NCBI GenBank assembly: GCA_963663225.1
Contig: OY760142.1
Coordinates: 2,624,001 to 2,688,000, forward strand
DNA: 64,000 nt
Reading direction: 5' to 3'
Origin: Nitrospirota bacterium
GTDB taxonomy: Bacteria > Nitrospirota > UBA9217
Shown: one piece after another, positions 20,697-31,338 of the stretch
How positions within the stretch are numbered: position 1 is the first letter of the stretch
How the letters are laid out: each line of letters starts with the position of its first letter
Position numbers and translations under genes: made by a program
Notes under the pieces: model-generated
What the model saw: the letters and a program-made list of their open reading frames with translations, nothing else
The model's database searches: none
Told to the model about the DNA's origin: nothing

Positions 20697-22763
20697 TTAC
20701 AGCCGTCCTTTTACGATGGTATCAACTATTGTTGGGTCGGCGAGTGTTGATATATCACCGAGATTTTCCAACTCTCCGTACGCGACTTTTCGAAGAATTC
20801 TCCGCATGATTTTTCCACTGCGTGTTTTTGGCAAGCTTGGTGCGAACTGAATCTTCTCCGGGCTTGCAAGCGGACCGATTATTTCTCTTACATGACTTCT
20901 CAAATCTTTGACGAGAGTGGGATTCGGTTCGTTCTCACCTTTCAGAACTATGTATGCGTAAATACCTTCACCCTTGATTTCATGAGGGAATCCCACGACT
21001 GCCGATTCAGCTACTAACGGATGGCTTACCAGAGCGGATTCTACTTCAGCCGTGGCAATGCGGTGCCCGGAAACACTCAAGACATCGTCGATTCTGCCTA
21101 ACAGCCAGAAATCGCCGTTTTCGTCCACTCGTGCACCGTCTCCGGTGAAGTATTTCCCAGGGAATCTTGAAAAATATTCATCTTTGACACGTTTATTTCC
21201 TGGATCGCCGTAGGTGCCTCTGAGCATACCGGGCCAGGGTTTTTCAATTACAAGATAACCGCCTTCATTGACTGCGGCCGGTGTGCCGTCTTCCTTGAGC
21301 ACTTTGGGTACGACTCCCGGAAATGGCTTGTTTGCTGATCCGGGCTTAAGGCTCATCGCACCCGGCAGGGGAGCAATCATAAAACCGCCTGTTTCTGTTT
21401 GCCACCAGGTGTCTACAATCGGTATCTTTCTTTTGCCGATTTTTTCATAATACCATTCCCATGCTTCAGGGTTAATCGGTTCTCCAACAGAGCCGAGTAT
21501 GCGCAAGGATGATAAATCGTAGTTTTTTACCCAGCCATCTCCTTCCTTCATTAAAGCCCGTATGGCTGTAGGTGCAGTGTAAAAAGTATTAACTCTGTGT
21601 TTTTCAACGATGTCCCAATATCTTCCGGGGTTTGGATACGTTGGGATGCCTTCATACATAACACTTGTTGTTCCACATGCGAGCGGTCCATACACAATAT
21701 AGCTATGCCCTGTTATCCAACCGATATCAGCAGTACAGAAATAGATGTCTTCCGGATGATAGTCGAAAACCCATTTAAAGGAAAGAGTCGCATGAAGGAG
21801 ATATCCAGCCGTTGTATGCAGAACTCCTTTCGGTTTTCCTGTTGAACCGGAGGTATAGAGGATAAAGAGCGGATCTTCGGCATCCATAATTTCCGGTGCG
21901 CAATAATTCTCAATGCTTCTTGCAGATATTTCCTGATGCCACCAGAAATCTCTTCCGGAGATCATATTTACATCGCCATCACACCGTCTTACTACGATTA
22001 CTTCTCTGACCGCAGGACAGTTTAAGAGCGCTTCATCAAGATTGGCTTTTAAAGGCACTTTTTTGTTGCCCCGTATTCCTTCATCGGCAGTGATTACGAG
22101 TTTTGATTCGCAATGATTAATTCTGTCTCTCAGAGATTTAGGTGCAAAACCGGCAAATACTATGTTGTGGATCGCGCCGATGCGTGCGCAAGCCAGCATT
22201 GCGATGGTCAGCTCCGGAATCATCGGGAGATATAGAGTAACGCGGTCACCTTTCCCGATACCGTGTTTTTTAAGAACATTGGCAAATCTGTTTACTTCAT
22301 AATACAGTTGTTGGTACGTAAATGTTTTATAGTCGCCGTTGTCGGACTCCCAGATAAGCGCAGCCTTATTTTTATTAATTCCCGTCAAATGTCTGTCCAG
22401 ACAGTTGTAGCTAGCGTTCAGTTTCCCGCCGATAAACCACTGAGCAGACGGCTCGACGAAGTTGTACTCCAGTACTTTGTCCCATTTCTTATACCAAGAG
22501 AGAGTTTCTTCGGCCATTTTCGACCAGAATTCTTCCGGTTTTTCAGCAGCATATTTATATAATGCGTTGTATTCCTCTATGCTCTTAATGTGTGCGTTCC
22601 TGCTGAACTCCTCGGAAGGAGGATACACCGTTCCTTCTGCTGAAAGCACCTGAATGGATTCGGATGACACATTATGGTCGCCATTTCCATTATTGCCGGT
22701 ATTGTTATTTAATCCGTTTACAAAGACCTCATCGGTTATTTTAGTCTGTATCGCTGTGTTCAT
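20697..22763 (-). CDS. acs: acetyl-CoA synthetase (AMP-forming)
   Basis: [32 protein letters not shown]. Confidence 0.97.
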   Translation of the reverse strand: MNTAIQTKITDEVFVNGLNNNTGNNGNGDHNVSSESIQVLSAEGTVYPPSEEFSRNAHIKSIEEYNALYKYAAEKPEEFWSKMAEETLSWYKKWDKVLEYNFVEPSAQWFIGGKLNASYNCLDRHLTGINKNKAALIWESDNGDYKTFTYQQLYYEVNRFANVLKKHGIGKGDRVTLYLPMIPELTIAMLACARIGAIHNIVFAGFAPKSLRDRINHCESKLVITADEGIRGNKKVPLKANLDEALLNCPAVREVIVVRRCDGDVNMISGRDFWWHQEISARSIENYCAPEIMDAEDPLFILYTSGSTGKPKGVLHTTAGYLLHATLSFKWVFDYHPEDIYFCTADIGWITGHSYIVYGPLACGTTSVMYEGIPTYPNPGRYWDIVEKHRVNTFYTAPTAIRALMKEGDGWVKNYDLSSLRILGSVGEPINPEAWEWYYEKIGKRKIPIVDTWWQTETGGFMIAPLPGAMSLKPGSANKPFPGVVPKVLKEDGTPAAVNEGGYLVIEKPWPGMLRGTYGDPGNKRVKDEYFSRFPGKYFTGDGARVDENGDFWLLGRIDDVLSVSGHRIATAEVESALVSHPLVAESAVVGFPHEIKGEGIYAYIVLKGENEPNPTLVKDLRSHVREIIGPLASPEKIQFAPSLPKTRSGKIMRRILRKVAYGELENLGDISTLADPTIVDTIVKGRL

Positions 22764-22880
22764 TTGATCCTCCTGATCCTAAGACTTATGGCCATAACCA
22801 GCAGTTTTAGAATATTAGTTAACGGTGTTTCGTGTTCGCACGTAATGCTCTAGCCTTTGATGTTTTACTACTATATGTAT

Positions 22881-22896
22881 AGCACAAGGTGTGCCA
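22881..22896 (-). promoter_or_regulatory. sigma54 (-24/-12) promoter of acs
   Basis: Minus strand reads TGGCACACCTTGTGCT, with GG and GC at canonical spacing about 120 nt upstream of the acs start. Confidence 0.7.
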
Positions 22897-23156
22897 GTTG
22901 TTATTTTTCAATGTGTTACTGATTATTTGATGAGATTCGTCGGGATAAGTGCGTATTTTTTCTACGTGCTATGATGTTTTTTGCATCATTTTTATTGTAT
23001 TTTGCGCTGGTTGCCGGGAATAGATTGAGTAAAGGTGTTGTATCGCACAATTAAGGAAGGGTACAGTTAAATTATTTGAACCTTTCAGAACCGACGCAAG
23101 GAAAATGGGCGTGGACGTTTTTATCCTGAGGAATACTTGCTGACAAGAGTGTTCTG

Positions 23157-24818
23157 TTATCGGGTTATGATAAGATCAACACGTTTATCAATAGAATATA
23201 TGGGGTAGATCTTGAAATTTTTCACCCAAGGTTGAACAACGAAATAATCTGCTTTGTGCCACATAAAAGCCCAAGGCGCATTCTTGATGACGCGGTCTTC
23301 AGCCAGACGGTAAAGAGTGTAGCGTTGTTTTTCATCGATAGTCCTTTGCGCTGTCTCTATCAACCGATCAAGTTCCGGATCGATACACCGCGTGCGATTG
23401 CCGCCTGAGCCAATGCTGGCAGAATGGAAAAGTGGAAAAAGAAAATCTTCAGGATCCGGATAGTCTGCCCACCAGGAAAGCCAGAATGCATCAGGCTCTC
23501 CTTCATTGATTGCCTGTTTCAACGCACTCCAATCAAGTTGGATGATGCTTGTCTTCAGACCGACTTTTTCGAGATAGCTGCTTATTACTTCAATAATATC
23601 AAGGACCTCAGGTTCTTCAGCCGTTATATAAACCTTTATTGTTTTACCGGTTGCTCCTGCTTCATGGATTAACACAGACGCTTTTTGTGGATCGTATTCA
23701 TATCCTTGCAGTGTGCGTGACCATGCTTTGCTCTTCCACAGCCCCGGCGGTATGGGACCATTTGCCAGCACGCCGCGTTTTTCCAAAATGGTATTCAGAA
23801 TTTTTTTTCGGTCGATTGCAAGATTAACCGCCTGCCTCACCCGTAAATCATTCAACGGCGGGCGGGTGCAGTTAAAGCCAAGATAATAGGTATTGAGTCC
23901 GATTCTACCGTGGACCAGATCGCGCCATGCCGGATCGGTTGTGTACCGGCGGTATTCCGACGATGGAATGAGCAGTACATCAAGCCGACCCGTTTCAAAC
24001 TCCATCACTGCTGTAAGATTCTCCGGAATAACGCGATAATAGATACCATTCAGTTTTGGTTTCCCTTCAAAATAATCTTCCCGTGCTTTAAGTCGCAGGT
24101 ACTGGCCGTGCTTCCATTCGGCAAGGACATAGGGACCGCTGCCGATAGGGTGCATTCCGAAATCCTGGCCTAACCGTATCGCTTCTTCACGGGGAACAAT
24201 GTATGCCGTATCCATGGCGAGGAGAGACAGGAACGGGCCGAATGGTTCTGTAAGCTTTAAAATGATTGTATGATCGTTTACAATTTGGATGCCGGATACG
24301 GTATTTGCTTTTCCGGATATAAAATCAGTCGCACCTTCGAGCCTGTCCAGCACCCATGTCAAGGGCGCCTTTACGGCCGGGTTCAGGACTCGTTCGAATG
24401 AGTACTTAACATCATGTGCAGTGACCTTTTTGCCGTTGCTGAAACTGACATCCCGCCTCAAACGGAACGTATAGGTACGATGGTCATCCGAGAGTTTCCA
24501 TGATAATGCAATATCCGGCACAATATCAAGATTTTCATTGAAACGAACAAGGCCGTTAAAAATTTTGGCAGCAATTCCGCCGCCCTGGACATCAGTTATC
24601 AGTGCCGGATCAAGTGTAGTTGGATTACTGCTGAGGCGAAGGTAAAGGTAATTGCTTAATCGTCCATCATTGGCTTTTTGGCATCCGGTCACCGGTATGC
24701 AAAGCAGAAGAGCGAGGGATAATAAAAAAAAAGAGAATGTCAATTTTGCTGAAAATTGACGACTATCTTTTAGAAGCGTTGATGAATGCTTTGAAAATTT
24801 TCTTTGTATATTGGTCAT
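23157..24818 (-). CDS. family 5 (peptide/nickel) ABC substrate-binding lipoprotein
   Basis: Lipobox VTGC, PTTLDPA, FNGLV, VTAHDVKYSFER, PIGSGPY. Confidence 0.9.
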   Translation of the reverse strand: MTNIQRKFSKHSSTLLKDSRQFSAKLTFSFFLLSLALLLCIPVTGCQKANDGRLSNYLYLRLSSNPTTLDPALITDVQGGGIAAKIFNGLVRFNENLDIVPDIALSWKLSDDHRTYTFRLRRDVSFSNGKKVTAHDVKYSFERVLNPAVKAPLTWVLDRLEGATDFISGKANTVSGIQIVNDHTIILKLTEPFGPFLSLLAMDTAYIVPREEAIRLGQDFGMHPIGSGPYVLAEWKHGQYLRLKAREDYFEGKPKLNGIYYRVIPENLTAVMEFETGRLDVLLIPSSEYRRYTTDPAWRDLVHGRIGLNTYYLGFNCTRPPLNDLRVRQAVNLAIDRKKILNTILEKRGVLANGPIPPGLWKSKAWSRTLQGYEYDPQKASVLIHEAGATGKTIKVYITAEEPEVLDIIEVISSYLEKVGLKTSIIQLDWSALKQAINEGEPDAFWLSWWADYPDPEDFLFPLFHSASIGSGGNRTRCIDPELDRLIETAQRTIDEKQRYTLYRLAEDRVIKNAPWAFMWHKADYFVVQPWVKNFKIYPIYSIDKRVDLIITR

Positions 24819-25470
24819 GAGGCGTTTTTTCCGGATGCCACTGCAGCGCTATAAGAAAATCATTTTTTTTTAGTTCAAAAGCCTCGATTACGCCATCAGA
24901 GCTTTGTGCGGAAGGTTTAAACAGTGTTCCAAGAACCTTTACACTTTGATGATGCGCACTGCGTACCAGAATCCTTGATGCCCCGGTGATGCGACGCAGG
25001 AGTGTTCCGGGAAAAACATCAACGTAATGAAAAACTGGTTTCCCTGAGCGGATTGGGCTATGCCTGATTGTTCCGGGAATCTGGAGAGTAATATCCTGAA
25101 AAAGAGTTCCTCCGAGCGCAACATTTACCAGCTGTTCTCCGCAGCATATGGCCAGAACCGGTTTTTTTATTTTATGCACCGCTTTGAAAAGACTGATTTC
25201 GAAACAGGTGCGGTCATCCGGCGAAATTGTTAACCGCGCTCCTGAAATTTGTTTTTCGTTGTAATACCGCGGGTGAATGTCATCTCCGCCGGTAAAGACG
25301 AATCCATCCAGCCGTTTTGCCAGGGAAGAAATGGACTCGTGTATCCCGAGAAGGGGGACAGGAATTCCTCCTGCTTTATACACAGCCTTGCCGTAATCCT
25401 GATCGAGAATGTTCATGCTCCTGGTTGACTGAACATCCAGGTTCATGGTAATACCAATCAAAGGCTTCAT
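24763..25470 (-). CDS. gamma-glutamyl-GABA hydrolase (PuuD / peptidase C26) family protein
   Basis: KPLIGIT, TGGDDI, PVLAICCG, HHQ, QWHPE catalytic triad. Confidence 0.88.
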   Translation of the reverse strand: MKPLIGITMNLDVQSTRSMNILDQDYGKAVYKAGGIPVPLLGIHESISSLAKRLDGFVFTGGDDIHPRYYNEKQISGARLTISPDDRTCFEISLFKAVHKIKKPVLAICCGEQLVNVALGGTLFQDITLQIPGTIRHSPIRSGKPVFHYVDVFPGTLLRRITGASRILVRSAHHQSVKVLGTLFKPSAQSSDGVIEAFELKKNDFLIALQWHPEKTPHDQYTKKIFKAFINASKR

Positions 25471-25630
25471 GAGTGTTTCACCCTACAGGCAACCACATGG
25501 GGTGCCTTGTCGGAACGTATTTCGAAAAAACACAGACGGTGGAAATTGCAATTATACGGAAAACGCCGCTCGATAGAATCAGTCGGATATCTTTTTGCAT
25601 CCGGACCGTTTTCGATCAGCATGGATCGTT

Positions 25631-26551
25631 TTATCCCATCAGTATTTCCATGATTGCCTTTTGCACATGCATGCGGTTTTCAGCTTCATCAAAGATCACG
25701 GAGCAGGGGCCGTCTATTACTTCCGCAGTTACCTCCTCATCGCGGTGCGCCGGGAGGCAGTGCATGAAGACAGCGTTTTTCCCGGCAGATTTCATGAGGT
25801 CAGCATTCACCTGGAATCCCTGGAAATCATTGATACGTTTAGCACGTTCACCTTCTTGTCCCATACTGGCCCATACGTCGGTATAGACAACGTCGGCATC
25901 CTTGACTGCCTGGAGAGGAACAGCTGTGGTTTCAATAGTTGATCCGGTTTGCAGTGCTTCGGCACGCACACCGTCGATAATATCGGGGTTTAATGCATAT
26001 CCGGCGGGAGACGCAATGGAAAAATGCATGCCTGTTTTAACGCAGGCCTGAAGAAGGGAATTCGCCACATTGTTGCCGTCCCCGATAAAGGCGAGCTTAA
26101 GACCGTTCAGTTTTCCTTTTTTTTCCTGCAGGGTGAACAAGTCGGCGAGTGCCTGACAGGGATGGTGGAGATCAGTAAGTCCGTTTATGACCGGGATTGC
26201 GGCAAAAGACGCCAGTTCTTCAACAGTTTCCTGTGCAAAAGTCCGTATCATAATTCCGTCTAGATAGCGGGAAATGGTGCGCGCCGTGTCTGCAATTGTC
26301 TCACCACGTCCCATTTGCAAATCATCGGGCGACAGGAACAACGCTTGGCCTCCCAGTTGATACATGCCGACTTCGAATGATACCCGTGTCCTGGTAGAGG
26401 ATTTTTCGAAAATCATGCCGAGAGACTTGCCCTTCAAAGGTTGATGTTTTTTGCCGAGCATCAGCAATTTTTTGATTGCTTTCGTTCGTCTGAATATGGT
26501 TTCGACGTCTTTGAGTGTCAGATCGGAAATGGCCAGCAAATCCTTTTTCAT
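25631..26551 (-). CDS. argF: ornithine carbamoyltransferase
   Basis: FEKSSTRTR, HPCQ, DVWASMG, HCLP. Confidence 0.97.
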   Translation of the reverse strand: MKKDLLAISDLTLKDVETIFRRTKAIKKLLMLGKKHQPLKGKSLGMIFEKSSTRTRVSFEVGMYQLGGQALFLSPDDLQMGRGETIADTARTISRYLDGIMIRTFAQETVEELASFAAIPVINGLTDLHHPCQALADLFTLQEKKGKLNGLKLAFIGDGNNVANSLLQACVKTGMHFSIASPAGYALNPDIIDGVRAEALQTGSTIETTAVPLQAVKDADVVYTDVWASMGQEGERAKRINDFQGFQVNADLMKSAGKNAVFMHCLPAHRDEEVTAEVIDGPCSVIFDEAENRMHVQKAIMEILMG

Positions 26552-26620
26552 TGTGCTCTCCAAAAAAGAATCGGCGGCAGGGTGGTGCCGCCTCATACAG
26601 GGATAACCAGACTTGCCGTA

Positions 26621-27814
26621 TCAGCGATGAGCAAAAATTTTGCCCAGTGTAGCGATAAGCTGGTCGATTTCTTCTTCGCTGATAATGAGCGGTGGAATAA
26701 AACGCAGCACCGTATTTACAGTGCAGTTAATTAACAATCCATCTTTGAGGCAGGCGGTAACGATGTCTTTTCCCTCAAAGTTGAGCTCCATGCCAATGAG
26801 CAGCCCTCTGCCGCGCACATCTTTTATGAAGGGATGTTTTTGCTGGAGGCTTCTCAGGCCCTGCGTGAAGTAGGCGCCGAGATGTTCAACGGACTGGATG
26901 ATGATATTATCTTCAAGAAGCGCTTCAATTGTTGCGATGGCGGCAGCGCAGGCAAGCGGATTGCCGCCGAAGGTTGAACCATGCGAACCGGGAGTAAAGG
27001 CCTGTGCTATTTTATCCGTAGCCAGGAGAGCTCCGATCGGCATTCCTCCTGCCAGCCCTTTGGCAAGAGCAGCTATATCCGGCGTTATTCCCTCGTGTTC
27101 GTATCCAAAAAACCTGCCTGTACGACCCATCCCTGTTTGGATCTCATCAAGAATGAGCAGGACTTTGTGCTGGTCGCAGAGTTCTCGAAGTGCTTTCAGA
27201 TATCCAGGGGCCGGTAAAATAACTCCTCCTTCCCCTTGGAGAGGTTCTACCAATATGGCGCACGTGTGTTCATTTATGGCGTGCTCGACGGCTTCTATAT
27301 CGTTATAAGGCACATATCGGAAACCTGGAAGAACCGGCTCGAATCCTTTGTGGAATTTTTCCTGGGCAGTGGCAGCGAGCGCGCCCATGGTCCGGCCGTG
27401 AAATGAACCCTGCATGGTTATAATTTCATACCGGTCTTTTTTGAGAATTTCCCTATTATATCTCCGGGCGAGTTTGATGGCCGCCTCAATCGCCTCGGTG
27501 CCTGAATTGCAGAAAAACACTTTGTCCGCAAACGAGTTTTTAACGAGCAGTTTTGCGAGGTTGACCTGCGGCTCAATGTGAAAATGATTGGAGATATGCA
27601 TGAGCCGCTGCGCCTGTTTTTGCAGCGCGACGACAATGCGCGGATGACAGTGTCCCAGGTTGTTGACAGCGACGCCGGAGACAAAATCGATATATTCCCT
27701 GCCATCGGAATCGTAAACCTTTGTACCCCGGCCCTTCACAAGCACGATTGGCTGCCGGCTGTACGTGTTCATGATAAATTTTTGTGAATCGGCAATAATA
27801 TCACTCGTAATCAT
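26621..27814 (-). CDS. argD: acetylornithine aminotransferase
   Basis: NSGTEA, SFHGRT, EPLQGEGG, DEIQTGMGRTG, HGSTFGGNP; adjacent to argF. Confidence 0.95.
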   Translation of the reverse strand: MITSDIIADSQKFIMNTYSRQPIVLVKGRGTKVYDSDGREYIDFVSGVAVNNLGHCHPRIVVALQKQAQRLMHISNHFHIEPQVNLAKLLVKNSFADKVFFCNSGTEAIEAAIKLARRYNREILKKDRYEIITMQGSFHGRTMGALAATAQEKFHKGFEPVLPGFRYVPYNDIEAVEHAINEHTCAILVEPLQGEGGVILPAPGYLKALRELCDQHKVLLILDEIQTGMGRTGRFFGYEHEGITPDIAALAKGLAGGMPIGALLATDKIAQAFTPGSHGSTFGGNPLACAAAIATIEALLEDNIIIQSVEHLGAYFTQGLRSLQQKHPFIKDVRGRGLLIGMELNFEGKDIVTACLKDGLLINCTVNTVLRFIPPLIISEEEIDQLIATLGKIFAHR

Positions 27815-28007
27815 GTGATGAAAAGTATCATAATCGATTTGAAAAATCAAATAAAAATAATGATGAGGGGAATTTAGAAAGCGCGTGCGAGGATTTTAGT
27901 AACTCAGGGAGAATGGTCACGAAGGTTGCGTTTCCTCTGAGAGAACGGCAACAGATTGCTGAGAGAGCAGGGGGAGAATCTTTCGGAACCAGGGAACTGC
28001 AGACAAG

Positions 28008-28775
28008 TTATCGTATGTACCCTTCATTCATGTAAAAAATGACGGCTGCGCGAATTGAGTAGCGATCCATATTCCATTCTTCCGGAAGGGGCTGAAAGGG
28101 CGCAGAATCCCTGATCGAGCGCAGTGCTTCATCGTCAAGAATTTTGTAACCGGAGGATTTCAGAAGTTCAACATCTCCGAGTGATCCGTTTTTCAGGATG
28201 TCGAACTTAATGTACAAGGTACCCTGATAACCGGATATCGCAGCGAGTTCGGGGTAGCGAAGCACGCTTTCCACTTTGATTTTGAGCCAGCGGTTATACG
28301 ACATGAATTTAAATTCATCAGTATCAAGAGTTACTGATTCATCACCGGGCTTTTTTGCCGGCATCCCTTTGCGCGCAAGCTCGTCAATATCCCGTTGTGT
28401 CAGGAAAGGAAGCGGACCGGTTTCTTTGTTCGATTTTGTTTTACCGCTGGTGTCTGTTTTTCCCTGGTCTGTACCGTCAGGCTTGCCGGAATGTGGGAGC
28501 ATTTTCGGCAGTTTTATTTCATTGCTTGTTCCGAATTTTTTGGGTATGGGCACTTCATCCGGAGGCCGCCGCTTTTCTGAAACAACAGGGGGACGCTGCT
28601 GGATCGGAGGCAGTTTTTTAATATCCTGCTGCGGAAGATTTACGATTTGGACCGGCGTAAACACAGATTCTTCCTTTTGCGTACTATGGGCCATGAACAA
28701 GACAAGGGCGAGCATCATCGCGTGAAGCGTGATCGAGATGATAAGGGATATTGAGAATTGTAAACGCCGTCCCAT
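28008..28775 (-). CDS. TonB/TolA-family energy transducer
   Basis: N-terminal TM with SxxxH, Pro/Lys-rich linker, C-terminal YP..A...G.QG...SSG..ILD.EAL. Confidence 0.82.
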   Translation of the reverse strand: MGRRLQFSISLIISITLHAMMLALVLFMAHSTQKEESVFTPVQIVNLPQQDIKKLPPIQQRPPVVSEKRRPPDEVPIPKKFGTSNEIKLPKMLPHSGKPDGTDQGKTDTSGKTKSNKETGPLPFLTQRDIDELARKGMPAKKPGDESVTLDTDEFKFMSYNRWLKIKVESVLRYPELAAISGYQGTLYIKFDILKNGSLGDVELLKSSGYKILDDEALRSIRDSAPFQPLPEEWNMDRYSIRAAVIFYMNEGYIR

Positions 28776-28787
28776 GAGTGGAAATCC

Positions 28788-28874
28788 AAAAAAAAGGACA
28801 CGGATTAATTATTTGAAGCGTGGATTAATACAGGTTTTCAGTTTTAATCCCGCATTCAGGTGGATCCGTGTCCT
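28788..28874 (-). terminator. long imperfect hairpin with U-tract (terminator, attenuator or repeat element)
   Basis: AGGACACGGAT (28795-28805) pairs with ATCCGTGTCCT (28864-28874), with nested inner pairing. T8 follows on the minus strand. Confidence 0.55.
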
Positions 28875-28912
28875 GCATTTTTATCTGATATTTTGGCCGG
28901 ATTGCTCCGCGA

Positions 28913-29956
28913 TTAAACATTTTTTTGCATTGTATCTGAAACTTCTCTCAATAATCTCAGAATTGCTTCGGCCTGTTCGGGCGAGAGACTGCCCATGCCG
29001 CATGAAGGAGTTATAAGGCATTGCCGGAGTATGGTCTTCCGGTCAATAGTTGCTTTTTCCAACCGCTTCATGCCGGCCTCAAGCTCTGCCACCAGAGAAT
29101 CTGCCGTTTCAGTGCCCGTATAGGCGCCAGTTGGCACTATGCCCCAGGCCAAGGATCCGCCGCGATCATAGAATTTTTTGATATCATCCGGATAGAGAAG
29201 TACTTTATCCATATATCCGAAAGCGTCGAAATTCACAATATCGATTCGGGTGTTATAGAGCATCGGCCAATCCGCATTGCCACAACAATGGATACCTGCA
29301 ATGCCACCCATTTCGTGAATGACATCGATGATTTCATTCAACTTTTCAGCCACCGTTTCAGTGGAAACCGCCGAAAAAGCCGAACCCAGGGATTCCATGG
29401 CTGGTTCATCGATGAAGATAATGACGGGTTTGTTGAATTGTTTGAGCTCCTGAATTTGCCATGCCGCCTTCATGGCAAGCCCTTTGACGATTGCGTCAAA
29501 AATCATTTCGTTATGAATTATATCTTTGCCGGTTTCATCTTTAAAGGACATACCAGCGGTAAGCGGGCCGGTAATGTGTCCTTTAATAAATCGTACGGAG
29601 CGGGGTACGCCATTTTTCAAGGCATGTAACAAGCCGTAGAATCCTGCTGCATATTCTTCGGTAATTTTAAAATAGCCGTAGTCCTTTTCGAGATATCGCT
29701 CAAAAAATTTCTCAAAATCCGGAGTAAGGTCGTGACTGGTATCAAAAAAGAACCGTTGCTTTGCTTCGTCCAGTTTCAGACCTGGCAACGTTTCACTATA
29801 TTGCCCACCCATGTGCTCGCGAAAACCACGTTGTGGCAGCTGAGGCCAGATAGGCGCCTCGGACAGATAGTGGAGCGAGAGGTCGGCAGCCTTGTCAGGG
29901 TCGGAAAGCGGCAGACTGCCGATGCCGGTTGCAATGCAGTTGAAGGCAAGTACCAT
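28913..29956 (-). CDS. MetE C-terminal-domain 'core' methionine synthase-like protein
   Basis: TGIGSLP, WPQLP, TGPLT, IDEP, GIHCCG and TPSCG zinc ligands; about 347 aa single barrel. Confidence 0.75.
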   Translation of the reverse strand: MVLAFNCIATGIGSLPLSDPDKAADLSLHYLSEAPIWPQLPQRGFREHMGGQYSETLPGLKLDEAKQRFFFDTSHDLTPDFEKFFERYLEKDYGYFKITEEYAAGFYGLLHALKNGVPRSVRFIKGHITGPLTAGMSFKDETGKDIIHNEMIFDAIVKGLAMKAAWQIQELKQFNKPVIIFIDEPAMESLGSAFSAVSTETVAEKLNEIIDVIHEMGGIAGIHCCGNADWPMLYNTRIDIVNFDAFGYMDKVLLYPDDIKKFYDRGGSLAWGIVPTGAYTGTETADSLVAELEAGMKRLEKATIDRKTILRQCLITPSCGMGSLSPEQAEAILRLLREVSDTMQKNV

Positions 29957-30159
29957 GATAGTGTCCTTTTTTGCTGAGCTGATTAGAAAATCTGATTTAG
30001 TTTCTGAATTATAGCCACAAGAGACAGAAAACACAACTGAAATTACCCTCAGGATCGTTTCTCGGTGTTCTGTTCAGAGTATGTCGCGCGATTTGACTCT
30101 CTGAGCTTAATTTGATATTCTAAAACAAAAATACTTCCTCTGCTGTTATCGAGGTCATT

Positions 30160-30786
30160 ATGGATATCCGCAAAGATTTTTTAATGGAAAATGAAACTCT
30201 GCGAAGCATCAAAGAGCGAAGAAGCATCAGGAATTTTACAAAAGATGACATATCAGATGAAAAAGTTCACATTCTGCTTCAGGCTGCAAATGAGGCGCCG
30301 TCTGCCCATAATCAGCAGTCCTGGCGCTTTATTGTGCTCAGAGGGGAAAAGAAGCAGGGCCTCGCAGAACTGGTCAGTCATGGCGCTTTACGGTTTCCGA
30401 GACCTGCTCAGGCCCTTCTCCGGATGTCGGCCAGGAGCATTGCCAGCGCGCCAATCGTCATTGCAGTGGCAAATACCGGCGATTTGATTAATCATGGAAC
30501 AGAACTTTTCAAAGTCGAAAAAGAAATGGCGTATGATTTTTTCAGGACGATGGAAATTCAAAGTTCCGCCGCGGCGGTGGAGAATCTTTTGCTGGCAGCA
30601 ACATCGCTTGGGCTCGCCACTGTTTGGCTTGGCATCATGTTTCTCATGAAGGATGAAGTGTTACAGTATCTTGGAGAGCCTCTTGGGGAGTTCATGGCAG
30701 TGGTTCCTGTCGGCTATGCTTCCCGTGAAGCGGGCAGCGGTCCAAAAAAACAACCTCTTGAAATGAAAGTCAAATTCCTCGACTAG
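30160..30786 (+). CDS. nitroreductase family protein
   Basis: IKERRSIRNF, APSAHNQQSWRF, NLLLAATSLGL. Confidence 0.92.
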   Translation: MDIRKDFLMENETLRSIKERRSIRNFTKDDISDEKVHILLQAANEAPSAHNQQSWRFIVLRGEKKQGLAELVSHGALRFPRPAQALLRMSARSIASAPIVIAVANTGDLINHGTELFKVEKEMAYDFFRTMEIQSSAAAVENLLLAATSLGLATVWLGIMFLMKDEVLQYLGEPLGEFMAVVPVGYASREAGSGPKKQPLEMKVKFLD

Positions 30787-30870
30787 TTTTTTTGCAGTAT
30801 GTTGCCTTCATGATTATTCTGGCGCTACTTCCATCTTTACAGAGTATCGGAAAGCGGGTAATATAAAAAA

Positions 30871-31230
30871 ATGAAATACGGCGCGAAAGCAATAAAACAG
30901 GCAAAACTCGAATTATGGCCGAATCCGAATCCCGACCGTGACTATGTTATTGATATATCGTTTTCTGAATTTACTTGTCTCTGTCCACGGTCCGGCTACC
31001 CCGATTTTGCCACCATACGCATATCCTATACTCCGGACAAACGGGTGGTGGAGCTTAAAAGCCTGAAGCTGTACCTGAATAGTTTTCGGGACCAGTCCGC
31101 ATCGCATGAAGGGGTGACAAATAGTATTTTTGACGAATTGAAAAAAAATCTGAAACCCCGTCATCTCGAAGTAATCGGTGATTTTAATGTGCGCGGCAAT
31201 GTAAAAACTGTTGTTCGTGTTTCTCTTTGA
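30871..31230 (+). CDS. queF: preQ0 reductase (type I QueF)
   Basis: [27 protein letters not shown]. Confidence 0.95.
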   Translation: MKYGAKAIKQAKLELWPNPNPDRDYVIDISFSEFTCLCPRSGYPDFATIRISYTPDKRVVELKSLKLYLNSFRDQSASHEGVTNSIFDELKKNLKPRHLEVIGDFNVRGNVKTVVRVSL

Positions 31231-31338
31231 TTCTCAAATCACCCTACAGTCACAACCAAATTTCAATTTGCCATGACAGCATCAGATTTCAGCATCCTTG
31301 GAATTCGAGAACGACTACATTTTTATAGAAAGGACTGT

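Noticed and set aside
25473-25630. Possible small ORFs between argF and the C26 hydrolase
   Set aside because: No RBS or recognisable protein features.
27860-28005. Purine-rich intergenic stretch with GGAGA...CGAAGG, reminiscent of a glycine riboswitch
   Set aside because: It is on the wrong strand relative to argD and no convincing tandem aptamer pairing was found. An Rfam scan would settle it.
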